Assembly: GCA_000934665.2 (NCBI GenBank)
Contig: JYFJ02000602.1
Location: forward strand, 1-64,000
Length of the DNA stretch: 64,000 nt
From: Catajapyx aquilonaris
Lineage: Eukaryota
Direction of reading: 5' to 3'
Of the stretch, positions 63,483-64,000 are shown piece by piece. The stretch's first letter is position 1, and the number at the start of each line of letters is the position of its first letter. The translations under genes and the position numbers were made by a program. The notes under the pieces are model-generated. The model saw only the letters and a program-made list of their open reading frames with translations, was not told where the DNA came from and ran no database searches.

Positions 63483-64000
63483 TGGTTCTATTGACACGAA
63501 TGATTTTTTTTTTAAATGAAGGGCCCAAGATGGAAACGGGTTGTTTGATTTTCAGCTGGGTCTCGAGGCTTTGCTGACATTTCTGGTGCAGATAATTTGC
63601 ATCCAAATCGGAGGATCGTGCCAGGAATAGGATTAGTCCACCTCCGGGAGCCATGCGTCTTCTCCGGTGTGGAGGGCACCCCGAATGACCCCAGGACCTC
63701 CCCTGGGGGGGCAACCACTGAGAGGGTAAACTCCGGGATCCGAATCGATGGCCGCCCAACCCCTCAAATCCACTTCCTAGCCCCGATAATTTCCCAAGCA
63801 GTCAAGTTGAGCTCGTTTTTCACGTATTAATTACATGTTTACATCCCTAGGTTCAGTAGATATAGGCTAAGATATAATCCTCTTAGGTGTGTGCATAGAG
63901 CCTGGTGTTTGACAGTGTAACTGGAGGAAAAATCTGTGTGCTGGCCACGTGGCTATAGTCCGCAGGGTTGCCATTCACCTGTTTAAAGTTAGACAACCTC

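Noticed and set aside
63052..63759. 235-aa hydrophobic ORF
   Set aside because: By-product of the low-complexity ATATCG array; no gene-like features.

Overview
Eukaryotic, probably arthropod, genomic DNA with many short spliceosomal introns. It is not a prokaryotic locus: I see no operons, CRISPR arrays or rRNA. Recognisable multi-exon genes, in order: PTPDC1-like phosphatase (+), a GPI-type Ly6/uPAR three-finger gene (-), CIB1-like EF-hand protein (+), IQCA1/DRC11 (-), RXYLT1/TMEM5 (+), an ARHGAP45/29/GMIP-family F-BAR-C1-RhoGAP (+), and the first coding exon of a PLCL/PRIP gene (+) that continues beyond the window. Manual splicing adds orphan gene models that the ORF track fragments: a 5-exon, 365-aa gene nested antisense in the Ly6 intron, a 3-exon 127-aa gene, and a tentative one at the left end. 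Mobile DNA includes a tRNA-derived SINE with a target-site duplication, a 763-bp fold-back mariner derivative and several MITEs. The best leads are the nested orphan gene, the fold-back mariner with a visible template-switch junction, and RFX X-box-like motifs beside two cilia-linked genes. I cannot demonstrate a wholly new biological system from sequence alone. Family assignments come from recalled motifs, not database searches.
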